Source: Camelus ferus
Taxonomy: Eukaryota
Assembly (NCBI RefSeq): GCF_009834535.1
Contig: NC_045720.1
Location: 620,001-684,000, forward strand
Reading direction: 5' to 3'
Length of the DNA stretch: 64,000 nucleotides
Below, piece by piece: positions 11,683-24,100 of this stretch. The first letter of the stretch is position 1, and each line of letters starts with the position of its first letter. The notes under the pieces were generated by a model. It did not search any database. It was not told the DNA's origin and saw only the letters and a program-made list of their open reading frames with translations. Position numbers and translations under genes: made by a program.

Positions 11683-12958
11683 CTGTGGAGCCGAGGGTGT
11701 GGACTTCACAATACAGGAAGAGGGCCACAGGCCCTGGGGCACCTCGAAAAGAGTCCACATACCTACATGCCAGAGCTTTCATTTAATTGGGAGGGAAGGG
11801 GGAATAGAGAGGGACTACTGAGGAGGGAGATACCTGGCACCACAAAGAACCCAGCCTTGATGGGAGTGCGCAAGTGGAGCTACCTCCAGCTTTAAGGCAG
11901 TACCAGACTGAGACTTGTGGAGTCGGGAGTATTGGGAACTCTTGGGAAGAGAAGCTACCCTCTGGCACCAGGGTACAAGGGGCCTGGGAGGGCCAGTACA
12001 CAGGGGTCCTGTGCAAAAGATGGCACTAGGTTTGGTGGGAGGCTCTGGAAGAGAGTACAGTGGGGTGAGGGCCAAACAGACAGCCTACCAGTGACAGTCT
12101 TCAAGGCTTGGTGGCTGAAGAATTGGGGGTACCACACATGGAGCCAGGGGCTCCAAGGGGGCAGAGGGTGGTGGGGAAAAAACCTTGGACCATGGGCAAG
12201 GCTGCAGGCGTATCAGGGAGGCTCTCAGCATGGTAGGCAAGGGGTTCTGGGGAGCTGAGACTCAGGGAAGTTGACCAGGGAGAGGGCCTAGCTATTGGAA
12301 GAGGGCGAGGGCATCAGCTTAGTCCAGAACTGGGAAACAGGACTCGAGGAGCTTGCACAGGGCTGAGAACTGGGTTTGAGCAAGGTCAAGTGGGAAGGTG
12401 GAGAGGATGAGAGGGAGTGCTCCAGGGAGAGGCCAGGGGGATGCAGCCCTAGGAGGCTCCAGGACAGGTTGTGGCTGGTGAGAATCTCAACAAGTCAGCC
12501 CTTTGAGGCCGAGTCTCAGGCAGGGCAAGCTGAGGGCCCCAGGACAGGACTGGCAGCAAGGGGCACTGCAAGCACCTGGGTGCCCACCTACGCCCAGACC
12601 ACTGCAGCACCCCTGGGACTGGGAAGCTTCAGCTGACCCCTCCAGCTTGCAGTACTTTTCTGTCCAGCCTCATAGGACACCCCGAGGATGTACCTGAGCA
12701 AGTCATAGGGCCTGGCCAGCTCTGGTTGAACATTCCTTCTCTGAGCAACCAGCATTCTTGCTGGAAGCAACAGTGCCCTCAAAACTTCAGTGTTTCCTGA
12801 GCACTCGCTCTAGGGCCCTCAGCAAGGACCTGGAGCTTACAGGTGGCTCTGCTTCTCAGCAGCGCACAGCCTCAGAGCAAGGGGACCCGGAGGCCTGCCG
12901 GCAGCTGCAGATGGGTCTGGTCTGGGAAGCCTGGAGCTGGTGGCGGGCTTCAGGGGCC

Positions 12959-14709
12959 TCAGGTGGGTGCAGCTCCCTCTGCTTGTGGCTCTGGAGCCAG
13001 TTCCTGCTCCTGACGCTTCTGCGCACACTGCTCCTGGTCCTGGAGGTCCTGCTGCTGCAGCTCTCGCTCAATATCTTCGGGCACCTGCACCTCCAGCAGG
13101 TTCTCCATGCCGTGCTCCGGCTCGTCCCCAATAAGCACCTGCCAGCAGGGCAGGCAGGTGAGCAGCTGGCTAGCACACCACGCTCACCCACCACCCCCCT
13201 AGCCCCGCACCCACCTGGATGAGTTTCTCACAAGCCATCCGCACATCGGGCTCTGACTCCCAGCTGTGCAGCTCACGCAGGATCAGGTAGGCTCCCTGGT
13301 CTCTCACCTGCTTCCGACCAGGCGCCGTTGCTGTCAGCTGGGAGAGGACAGAGGTTACCCAGATGTTGTGTACTTGTGTGTGTTGCGGGGGGCATTAATG
13401 TAGCAGGACCGCTGCTCACCAGCATGATGGCCTCAATGAGCATTTTGCGGATGTCGGCATCAGACTCTCGCTGCTTGTCTGACGGCAGGTACTGCAGGTC
13501 AACAGGCAGCCCTAGGGGTGAATGTGGGAGTCACTGGGTCCCTATGTGGCCCCTGGGCTGATACGCCAGACCCTACCATTGTAAGCCAAATCTGTGCTTA
13601 GCTCCCTGCTGGAATGTTTCAGAAGAGGCCCTGACCTGGACACCTTCTCCCTCTCCCCTAATGGCCTCCCTTCCTGCCTAGCCAACCCTGAGGCTCAGCC
13701 CAAGCCACTCACGCTCCATCTCCTCCTCAGAGAAGTCCTCAGGCCCAGCCAAGGGCAGTAGCAAGAAGGGGAGAATGTCCACCTCGGGCCCAAGCAACCA
13801 CTCATGGTGTCCTGGGGGAAATAGGAATGGAGGCCAGTCCAGAGGGGCCCCAGTCCAGTCTATCCCCCCCCCCCATTCTCCGACATGGCAATTTCCCCAC
13901 CACCACTCACGGTGCTCGAAGCAGCAGTTTCGCAGTGTCCCCACCACCCCGCCCCTGCGCACCGAGGAGTCCGCGTATTGGGTAAGGGGCAGCAGCCGCT
14001 GGACCACGCACCTGGAGGGAAGGACCACTCAGTGCCGTCCCTTCTCACTTTCACCCCCTCCCAGCGAGCACCCTGGGCTTCACCTGTCGCGGTCTAGCAG
14101 GAAAGCGCGCGTGGCGGGACGCTGGCTGAGGTTAGAAAGCACAGGCCCCAGGTAGTGAAGGGGCGCGCGGGGGTTGTAGCCGGGAGTGCACAGCGCTCGA
14201 ACCAGCCGCTCCAGGCCCGTCTCCACCGGCTCCGCGGCCGCCAGCGCCGCCATCAGCGCAGCACACGGCGCCGGCTCGCGGCTGAGGTTAGCCAGCACGG
14301 CGGCCGCCTCTTCGGCCCAGGGCCACTGTGGGTCCAACGCGCAGCCCAGCAGGCGGGAGGGCAGCCCGGGCTCGGCCGCCAGCAGCGGATCGTACAGGCC
14401 GGGGTCGGCGGCCAGATTGACGAGCGCGCGAGCGGCGTCTCGGGCCGGGGCGGGAGCAGGGGCCACCGCGAGCTCGACCAGCGCCCGCAGCAGTGCCCCT
14501 TGGCCGGCCAGCAGCGTGCGGCCCGGCTCCGAGCCGGTCAGCGCCAGCACGTGCTGCGCCGCCGCCGCCTGCAGGTCACCCCGCGCTCCGAGCGCCAGGA
14601 AGGGCAGCAGCTTCGCAGCCGCCGCCTTCGGGCCGGCCTCTGGCATCGGCGACCCTACGGAAGCGAGGCTGCCGGCTGACGCGCCCGAGTCAGCCCCGGC
14701 GTCCACCAT
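12959..14709 (-). CDS. HGH1: Protein HGH1 homolog (FAM203A; eEF2 chaperone), 406 aa, 6 exons
   Basis: Exons 14709-14084, 14011-13911, 13811-13713, 13511-13420, 13337-13215, 13138-12959. All GT-AG, phases consistent, 1221 nt. Motifs KLLPFL..DLQAAA, SSVRRGGVVGTLRNCCF, LPVDLQYLP. Confidence 0.95.
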
Positions 14710-15060
14710 GCCGGTCGGTGCGCTCGGGTCAGCGCGCGTAGATCCGCCTGGCACCGCCGCGGCGCAGCGGCCCCGCCCACCACGGTAGCGGAAGCTGCAA
14801 CGGCCAATCCGAGGCTGTCGACTCTGCGCAGGGGGCGGGACCGCCGCTCGGAGGCGGGGCCACGCGGAGGCCGGGGGATTGTGGGATTGGGTGCCGGCCC
14901 GGAAGCCGCGCGCCTCAGTTGCCCGGCAGCGGTGGGGGTCCCGAGGCACGGACGCTGCGCCAGCTGTGGCGCCGTCGCAGGGGGTCCTGCCAGCCACCGA
15001 GAGCTGGCTGGTCACGTGGCCCTCTTCCTTCGCGGGCCGACGGAGATCCATCTTCACTGA
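13950..15060 (-). promoter_or_regulatory. CpG island / HGH1 promoter
   Basis: CpG-dense. CCAAT (~14804), GC boxes, ETS-like cggaag motifs. Confidence 0.75.
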
Positions 15061-15089
15061 AAGCGAAGCCAGACTGACTGCTGGTGTTA

Positions 15090-16130
15090 GACTAGCTTGT
15101 ATTCCCGGTATGATCTCCGTTTGGTCGGGAGACATTTTCACTTTTATGTATTGCTGTGTTCAGTTTGCTGAAGTTTTGTTTAGAATTTTTTACATCTCAG
15201 TCCATAAGGGATATTGATCTGTGGTTTTCTTTTCTTGTAATATCTTTGTCTGGTGTTGGGTAACATTGGCCTCAGAAGGACTGGGGGGAAAATTCCTCCT
15301 CTTGAATTTTCTGGAAGAGTTTGTACAACTAATGTTACTTCTTCCCTAAATGTTTGCTAGAATTCCCCGTGAAGCCATCTGGGCCTGAAGTTTTCTTTCT
15401 GGGAAGGTTTTTCAATTATAAATTCAATTCCTTTAATAGATACGTGTATGTTCAGGTTGTCATTTCCTTCTTGGGCGACTTTTGGTAATTTGGGTCTTTT
15501 AAGGAGTTGGTCCATTTCCTCTAAATTTTTTAATTAATTGGCACAAAATTCTTCATTATATTCCCTTACTGTCCTTTTAGTATATGTAGAGTGTTGTGGT
15601 ATCACCCGTCTCGTCGCTGATATTGGCAATTTGTGTCGTCTTTCTTTTTGTCAGTCTTGCCAGAGGTTTGTCAGTTTTACTAATCTTGTTAAAGAACTGC
15701 CTTTTGGATTTATTTTCTTTATTGCTTCCTTTTTCGATTTTATTGGTTTCTACTTTGACCTACTGTTTCCTTTCTTCTGCTTACTTTTTGAGTTTAATTT
15801 GCTGTTCTTTTTCTAGTTTCTTAGGGTAGAAGCTGAGGTCATTGATTTGAGATCTTTTTTGTTGTTGTTACTATAACTTTTTTAAAGTTGAAGTATAGTT
15901 GATTTACAATGTTTCAGGTGCACAGCAAAGTGATTCAGTTATATATGTATATATATATTTTCAGATTATTTTCCATTATAGGCTATTAACAAGATATCGA
16001 ATATAGTTCCAGGTGCTCTACAGTAGGTCCCTGTTATTTTATTCTTCTTTTCTAATACAGAAGGTTTCCCCCCATTTATTATCTGACTTATGGGTTATGT
16101 TACGTACTTTTACATAGGTTAAAAACTCCT
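15090..16130 (-). mobile_element. LINE-1 fragments (ORF2 piece plus a younger L1 3'-end fragment ~15880-16050)
   Basis: T-rich plus strand. Minus translation PDQTEIIPGIQ resembles L1 ORF2 HDQVGFIPGMQ. aagtatagttgatttacaatgtt is a typical artiodactyl L1 3' end. Confidence 0.8.
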
Positions 16131-16169
16131 TAATAGATTGATACATTATTTTTATTTCACACTAAGGGT

Positions 16170-16640
16170 CAGGATGAAGCCTCTGGGGCAGTGATGCCCT
16201 GGAAAGCCACTCACAGGGAACAGTATGCCCCTGAAGTCAGCAGATCATAAGGTCCAAGGGCTGCGATTTGCCCCCACCTGAGACCCATGGGAAGGGCGCC
16301 TCATAGCCTCAATCCCGACCTAAACTTTCATGAAAGTGAAATTGAAACAGAAATTGAAGAGGATGGACAAGTCCAAGAATGTGCCCACCTCTCCAGGAAA
16401 ACCACATGCTCGGGACACACAGATTCCAGTCATAAGAGCTGAAAATTCCTCAAGATGTGGAATTGGAATATTATGGATAATCTAGGTAAGTGATGCCCTC
16501 TGGTGGGAACTTTTGACTGAGACAAAAATGTGCACCTTCAGGGCCCACTGGCATCCAGAGGACTAATGCGCAAGCCCTGGCTTTGATTGGTTTGAGGAAG
16601 TTTTTATGGTAGTCACCAGTAGGGAGCCTTAAATATCCCT
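16170..16640 (+). mobile_element. Possible ERV1 internal (gag-like) relic
   Basis: Stop-riddled frame WNWNIMDNLGK*CPLVGTFD*DKNVHLQG (~16455-16545) resembles the WPxxGTFDxxKIxxL matrix motif of gamma-like ERV Gag (from recall). Confidence 0.4.
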
Positions 16641-17353
16641 AAAATGAATTAAAAGGTCCAAACTTTTTGAAAATAATTTCAAAGTTAAAGTTACAAGAAC
16701 TGTGCAATGAACCCCCATATACCCATGACCCAGAGAACTCAAAGTCAAATCCCCAGGTCACACCAGTCACCCCAGTAATGACCTTTTACAGTAATGGCCT
16801 TTCAGCAAAAGGTTGTGCCTCTTGTCCCCTTTGGTCGGGAACAGCTCCTCAGTCTTTGATCTTGGTGCCCTTGACACAGACCACGGCCATGATCAGGTGG
16901 CACTGTGTCAGTTGGTTCCAGGCCTGGAGAAGTTGATTTCATCACTTAATTAAGGTGGAGTTGCCCAGGCTTCCTCACTCTCAGGTTACTCTTTTTCTTT
17001 TTTGTATTTAATATTTTGTGGGGAGATACTTTGAGACTATGTAAACATTCCGTTCCTCATTCACCTTTCACTCGCTAGTTTTTTCATGTTACTATTTTTT
17101 TCTCTGACTTATGATCATGGTGGTTGCCAAAGAGTGAGTTTCTAATTTTATTGTTTGTTATGAGGGCAAAAAGCTTTCTCTTTACCTATTTATTTATGTC
17201 AACAAAGACTCATGGATTCCTAGTTTATTCAAAGAAATGTAATATTTTCCTGTCATTATTTTGATCCTCAGATTGTCCTCAGTTTGGCCAGTGAAAGTAC
17301 CTTCAAGGAGGCTCCTGTGTGTTTTTTTAAATGTTTTTAAAATTAGCTTTATT

Positions 17354-17953
17354 TGAAACCAGACAGTACCCTGCAACACCTGCCCAGGGACAGACCCCCC
17401 CCCCCGCCCCATGTCCCTCTACCCTTTCTGCAGAGGAGCTTTGGCCTCCTAGCACTTCCCTGAGTTCCAAAGAGCAAATTTAATCAGAGAAGTGAGAAAA
17501 TGCAGAAACAAAGCAGTCAAGCAAGACAAAATAATAATAGTTCAGCCATAAACAAAGTCAAGGACCTTGAGGGCTAGAGATGACATCCTGAGCCACAGCC
17601 TTGAGTGGTTTTGCAGATACTGAAACCCCCACCAGGTGGAAGAAGTTCACTGCCTGCTGACCACCAGCACAGAGACTCCAGAAAACTGATCATTGAGATT
17701 CCTGAAATACCACCCTTCTACCTCACCATCAACCAATCAGAGGTTGTCCACAAGCTGATCACCCACCCAGTGATCCGCCTTCCTCACTCTGTCTTTAAAA
17801 ATCCTCCCTGAAAGCCGTCAGGGAGCTCGGGTATATGGGGCATTAGCTGCCTGTTCTTGCGATCAACACTGTACTTTCCTTCACCACAACCTGGTGCAGT
17901 GGATTGGCTTTGCTGTGTGTCGGTTGAGTGGACTCAAGTTCCGTTTGGTAACA
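17354..17953 (+). mobile_element. Solo LTR nested in the L1 3' end
   Basis: TG(aaacc)...(ggtaa)CA termini, CCAAT (~17733), TATA-like tttaaaaa. Splits the L1 motif ctttatt|gaggtataa. TSD not clean. Confidence 0.65.
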
Positions 17954-18209
17954 TCGAGGTATAAGCCACATACCATACAGGTCACCCATTTAAATTCAAT
18001 GGCTTGTGGTATATTACATTAACTTTTGAAAGTGGTTGTAAAGTACATACAACAAAATTGGCCATTTAACCATTTTAAAGTGTATCATTAGTGGCATTGA
18101 TTATGCCCACAGTGTTTCCAAAACGTTTTCATCACCCAGAGCAGAAACTCTAACTTTTAAGCACTAATTGCCCACCTCCCCTCATCACCCACTAGTGACC
18201 TCTAGTCTT

Positions 18210-18300
18210 TCTTTTTTTTTAATACATTCTGTTCTTATTTATTTTATTATTTTTTAATGGAGGTACTGGGGATTGTCTGTCATGTCTGCTAAGCATGTGC
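18210..18300 (-). mobile_element. Truncated/degenerate Vic-1-like SINE
   Basis: Minus strand gcacatgcttagc...aatccccagtacctccattaaaaaataat. Confidence 0.65.
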
Positions 18301-19579
18301 TGGCTGTCTCTAGACATGTCTATTCTAGGTACTTCAGTGGTTACATCTCATGTAGCTATAAAACAACGTCAAAACCAAGGTATGCATGTAGTTCCATGCC
18401 ACCGTGTGACTCGTGTAGATTCATGTAACCAATGCCACAGGCAAAACCGGGAATAGTCTCATCACCACGAAGCTCTCCCTCCTGCCCGCCCACCCTCCCT
18501 GCCCGCGGCAACTACTAACCTGTTCTTCACCTCTCATCTTGTCGCTTCAGGAATGTTATTTAACTGGAATCACAGAGTAGATGATGTTTTGAGACTGGCT
18601 TTTTTCACTCAGCATAATTCTCTGTAGACTCCAGGTTGCTGTCTGTGTCAGTAACGGTTCATTTTCCTGGCTGAGTAGTCCACATGTGGACGTGCCACGG
18701 TTGGGTTGGCCGTTCGCCTGTTTAAGGACCTTTGTGTCCTTCCCAGTTTGGGGTCATTACAAATAAAGTTGGTGTAAACGTTGGTGCACAGGTTTTTTGT
18801 GGACATAAGCCTTCATTTCTCTGGCATGAATGCGCAGCAGTGTGATTGCTGAGTCGTGGTTTTCAAGAAACTGCCAAATCGTTTTCCAGCTTCTGGACCA
18901 TTTTACATTCCCACCAGCAGTACAAGGAGGTCCAGTGGCCCCGCAGCCTCCCCGGCAGTTGGTGGTGTCCTTTTTTTTCAGCTGCCCTGCGCTTCCGTTT
19001 CCCCGTCTCCGCACGGGCTCATTTGCCATCCTTATCTCCTCTTGGGTGAAGTGTCTGTTCTGTTTCTTTTGCCCATTTTCTAGTGGGGTGGTTTGGCTTT
19101 TACAGTCAATTCTGAGACTTGCTTATATATTCTGGATATGTGTCCTTTGTGGGTAAGTCCTTTGTAGGTATTTCCTAGTCTGTAGATGGTCTTCGCATCC
19201 TGTTAACAAGGCCTTTCACAGAGCGAAAGTCTTAAAATTTGACAAAGTTCCATTTATTGATTTCTCTTCTTTTATAAATGGTGTCTTGGCGTAATGTCTA
19301 AGGCTCTTCATCCATTGCTAGGTCCAAGAGTTTTTGTTTTCTTCTAAAATTTTTATAATTTTACATTTAAATGTATGAACCACTTTGGTCTTTGATTTTA
19401 TGGTGTCTGTTGGCCAGTAGAATTTTTTTAAATCAGAAAATATGCCTCCCCTTTCTGAGTATTACTTTTTCTAAATTGCCTTCTGACATATTTCTATGTT
19501 TTCTACATTCCAATCTTCAACTCATCTGAAAATTACTCATAAGTGACACCAGGAAGGGGTCCAGCTTTGCTGTGTCTGC

Positions 19580-19730
19580 GCTGTGCTCAGCACTGTCCCT
19601 AAGTGCTTCAGGTACAATAATTCATTTCATCCTCATGGAGGCCTGTGAGGCATTACTGCCCCATTTCATGCATGGGGAAACTGAAGCTTAGAGAACTTAA
19701 CTCACTTAAGGTCACAGTCAGGAAGCAGAG
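19580..19730. mobile_element. MIR SINE remnant
   Basis: cccatttcatgcatggggaaactgaagcttagaga...aaggtcacag MIR core. Confidence 0.7.
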
Positions 19731-21065
19731 AAATATATATGTCTGTGTGTATTTCCTATACATACATTGCTATTTTGACGTCTTCTATAGTGGAAATCAT
19801 ATTCTAGCTTTTTGTACATTTTTCTATTGGGTTATGTGATTTTTTTTAGTGGTTATTGATTTGTAGAAGTTCTTTATACACTTTGGAGATGAGCCATTAT
19901 TAGGTACATGTATTTTAAATGTCTCCTCCCACTCGGTCACCTTTGTAGTCTCAATGGTGTATTTAAATTAATAATATTTCCTAATTTTTAAAAAATTATA
20001 TATTAATATTTACTAATAAATGTATCGTTTTCCTTTATGAACACTGGGGTTTTTTGACTTGTTTAAACTTTTGTGCTACTTTCTCATGTTTGTATTTAAA
20101 GCATTTATTGCTTTTATAATTTAAACCACGAAGCAGCAGTGGAAGCAGACCGACTGCTGTGGGCCTCACAGCCCGTCTCAGCCAGCACGGCTCCTTCTAC
20201 AGAAACGCCAGGGCTTTTGGTCACCTGCATCTGCACTTCCGGCCCCGCTCAGCCAAGGAAAGGGCTGCCCCCTCGGCAGCCCGTAACAAGAGCCCCTGCA
20301 CGGCTTGGGGGTTGTGGGGAAGGTGGAGGGACACCAGTTTTAAACATAAAGCCACCGAGAAGAAACATCTGAAGTCAGAGGCTGAAAATGCGGGAGAGAA
20401 ACCACCACCCAGGCCGCCAGCAGCCAGCTGTGAAAGCTGGAACGGGCCCTCAGCAAAGGCAGTCCCAGCAGACATGTACCCCGGGGTCCCACGGTGGCTG
20501 GGTCAGTGCCTTCTGAGGTCACAGCCGTTCAGAAGAAAGCCGAGGCCCTCTTGAGACCCTATGCGTCACAGACAAGGTCGACCTCCTGGTGACTTTTAGG
20601 TTGAAAGGTCCAGACGACACTGCCCCTTTGTTGCTCCTTGAATAAAGCACGAAGGGCCGCGTCATCAATCCTCCTCCTTTCTAGCCTACAAGTAGCAGAG
20701 CTCTGACAGACTCCTGGTTTCACCTGCATCAAACAACTGCAGGTTTCTCCCCACACACCTGTGGCCACCCCAACCCCAGTAATAACTGATAAAGGTTGGC
20801 TGCGTGCCTGAGCAGGGCACACCCATCCTCCGGCTTCCCTCTCTGGAGTAGACTGGCCCGACCCCACCAGGAACACTGCTCCACCATGTGCTGACCACAG
20901 CCCAGATCCTGTCCCACCCTGGACCCCACTGTGCCCCCAGCTCCTGCCTCACGTGTGCAGCTGGCCACCGGCAGGCTCACGACACACCAGCCAGACCTCT
21001 CTGCCCACCTCAGCGGCCCCTAAAGATGAAGGTGGCATCCAATGTGCTGGCTGTTGCATGTGGAC

Positions 21066-21071
21066 TTTATT
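21066..21071 (-). terminator. AATAAA polyadenylation signal of WDR97
   Basis: tttatt on plus, ~110 nt downstream of the WDR97 stop. Confidence 0.65.
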
Positions 21072-21182
21072 CCAGCCCTGGGCCCCGGCCAGGGGCAAAT
21101 AGCCAGCTAGAGAGCTGTGTCCTGACTCCAGACTGGAGGGAAAGGGAGGGGGGACGGGGTCAGGCCGAGGCTGCTAGCCTGG

Positions 21183-24100
21183 TCAGCTGTAGCTGTCAGG
21201 GTCCGTGTCATCTGGCAGGAAGTAGCGCTGCAGGGCTGGCTGCAGGAGCAGTGAGGGCAGTGGACGGGCAGGCCTGGGCCAGTCTAGGGGGAAAGGCTGC
21301 AGTTCCACTCGTGGCAGCGGCAGCTTCAGGGTCCGGATGGAACTGTCCAGGGTGCGGCCCGGCTGGAGCCGGGACAGCATCTGACCTGGGAGCCAGCAGG
21401 ACAGTGAGGCCTTGGGGTGGGGTCAGTGCTCGCTGGGCTGGGCTGGGGTGAAGGCCAGGTCCCAGTTTCTACTCCTGTCCCCACTCACCCCTCAGTTTCA
21501 TTGGAGACCTCTGGGCCCTGGCCTCCTGAAGCCGGAGGATAGGGTAGTACCTGGATGGTAAGGAGACGGTTTGGCTGAGCCGGCCCGTCAGCCACCCCAC
21601 ACCGGCTCCTCCCCAGCCTCATCGTGGCCAGCTCACCGGCGATCTCGGAGCTCTGGCACCACTGTGCTGGGCCCCTGAGGGCGCGGGCGCAGGGCAGGGC
21701 GCGGGCTCCCTGGGTCCTCCTGCTGGTGGCCCTGCCGCCTAACCTGCTGCTGCTTGCAGAAGAAGTTGAGGGCGTCGATGGGTCCCAGGTCCAGCACTTT
21801 TGACTGTGACCAGTCCGTCTGCTCCAGCGGCAGAGGCTCGTCCAGCAGTGCAGTGGGCGAAGAGCAGAAGTGAATCAGGATCTCAGAGAGTGCGCGTCTG
21901 GTCTGCCTGAAGCGCGTCTGTGGTGGCATCTGCTGGGCCTGAGACTCCAGGGCGGCCACGTCCGGCTCCCCAGGCGAGACCACCAGCGAGGGCGTCCAGG
22001 AGCGGACGGAGGGGGTCACAGAGATGTGAACAGTTGCCCCAGAGGCCATGGAAGTCTGCGACAGGCCCTCCTTGGCAGGAGGGAGGGGTGCTGAGGTCTC
22101 CGAGACCTGGGGCAAGATCTCGGACAACTTGGTCACAGACGGCTGCAGGGTTTCCATCTGCAGGGGAAGGTAGCCAGTGGAGGGTGCACTGCAGTCCAAG
22201 GCAGAGGCTGCCCCCTCCTCCACCAATAGTGAGGCCCAAGTGGTGCTGCCCCAGTTCCAAGCCAGCGGGAGACCCCACTGCCATCTCCTCCCCAGGGAGG
22301 AGCAGGAGGATCCCAGGAGATGGGGAGGGGTTGGGGGTTGGGGAGGACGGATGAGGCACAGAGCTGGGGCGGGGCAAGGAGCCTGCTGGCCTCACCTGGG
22401 AAAGCCTCCGGAGAAGGTGGGAGGCTCTGTGGCCCAGCGGCCCACCCCACCCCAGCCCCACCCCAGCCCGCCCAGACCTGCAGCTGCTGGATCATTTCCT
22501 CCAGCTTCTGGCAGCAGCGCGTGCGCAGTGCAGCCTTGGAGTCACAGTCCGGGCCCTGGACCCAGGTCAACATCTCCTGGAACAGGAAGCCCTGCGGGTC
22601 CTGAAGGCCTAGTCCGTCCAGCAGCTTCTTGAGCTCTGGCCTGGGACAGGTGTGGGCGGCTTACTGGAGGCCCCGGGGCTGGCAGGGAGGACGGGTAGAG
22701 AGAGGGACTCACCGGCAGGAGGCGGGCGAGTAGAGGAAGTAGGACATGAGCTCCAGCACCACCTCGCGGGACTCCAGGGAGCAGGCCAGGAGCAGCTGCA
22801 GCGCCAGCATCACGAATTGCTTCTGGGTCTTGTCCTGAGTGCGGGGGAGGGGAGCGGATCACGCCCGGCGGGGGAGGGGCGGGGCCTCTCGAGGGCTGGG
22901 GCCCGGGGCGGGGCCTCTCGAGGGCTGGGGCCCACCTCGAAGCTCGGCGGCTGGTCCAGGTTGAGCAAACGCACAAGGATGCCCTGCAGCCGGCCACAGA
23001 AGCCTCTGCTGACATCAGGCAGCAGCCTCAGCAGCACGTGCAGGATGTCCACGCGGTCGGCCCAGGAGGCCTCGTCCAGCAGGTCCATGAACAGCAAGGC
23101 CAGGCCCTCCACCGTGCCCACCTCAGGGTACGCCTGCAGGGCCCGCGTGCTGAGGCCTGCCCCCTGCCCCAACCCAGGCCTCCAGCCTCCCCATCCCATA
23201 CCCGAGCCCGCGCTCCCAAGACTCCCCCGAACCTCCAGGGTGAAGATGGGGAACAGCTTTTTAAACCAGTTCTGCCCAACGAAGAAATGCAGGAAGCTAG
23301 GCAGGTGCCCGTGGCGCTCTTCCCAGAGCGCGCGCCCACGCCGGTGTGGGGGGCGGCGGAAATGGGTCTCTGTCCTGGTGGTGTCGTCGCGGGGGCCCAT
23401 GGGCCTCCGGGTCAAGTACTCAGAGACCTGGGGGGAGCGGCAGCAGTGCAGACCCTGCCTCTCCAGCAGCTCCCTAACCCTGACACCAGGGGACACCCAC
23501 CTGAGCCTTTAGCTCCTCAGACTCCAGCAGCTGGTCAGAGAGCTGCCCACAGGGACTCAGGGCATCTGAGGCCCAGTCCAGCGGCTCCTTGTCCTCCTCT
23601 TCCCCCAACCACTGGATCAGCCTCTGCTGCCACATGGCGTGTTGCTGCCTGATGCCCCTCACCAGCCACAGGTCGTCCTGGCTCACGCCTGGCTACGAAG
23701 GGGAGAGCGAGTGGCTGCAGGGCTCCTGGGAGCCAGGCCCTCCCATTCACCCCTCCCCGGCCCCGCCAGCACGCCCCCAGCTCTGCCCCTTGCCTTTGGT
23801 CTGCTGCTGTGGGTGAGCTGGCCCAGGGCACCGAGGCCTCTGACCTCCCCAGGGAGCCACATCTGCTGCAGCACCGCGGAGTTGGGCACGCAGCCCGGGA
23901 AGTGGACAGGCCGTGTCAATTTCTGGAGGTGCAGGTCGGGGCCGGCACCACGGGGCAGTCTGAGGATCAAGCTCCGCCCTGCCCCAGAGGCCGCCCTGGC
24001 AGTGCACCCGCCAGCCAGGTCTCTGGGTCTCTGAGAGCTGGGCTCAAAGCCCTGCCCCCACAAGCACAGACAGGGAGAGAATCTCTGGCACAGGGCAGTC

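Larger units (their letters stand above)
16650..20120 (-). mobile_element. Old LINE-1 3' region fragments (L1MB/MC-like) with nested insertions
   Basis: ctttatt..gaggtataa, cccatttaaa, taatattccattgt-like and ggtgtatttaaatt segments. No ORF. Confidence 0.7.

Noticed and set aside
20559-20876. Minus-strand ORF with the protein-like stretch RRIDDAALRALFKEQQ downstream of WDR97
   Set aside because: No recognisable family, no clear start or splice context, and it lies past the WDR97 polyA signal. A PhyloCSF or tBLASTn check could revive it.
22158-22477. Extra WDR97 exon within intron 21
   Set aside because: Exons 21 and 22 already join in phase, and no well-bounded exon with matching phase was evident.
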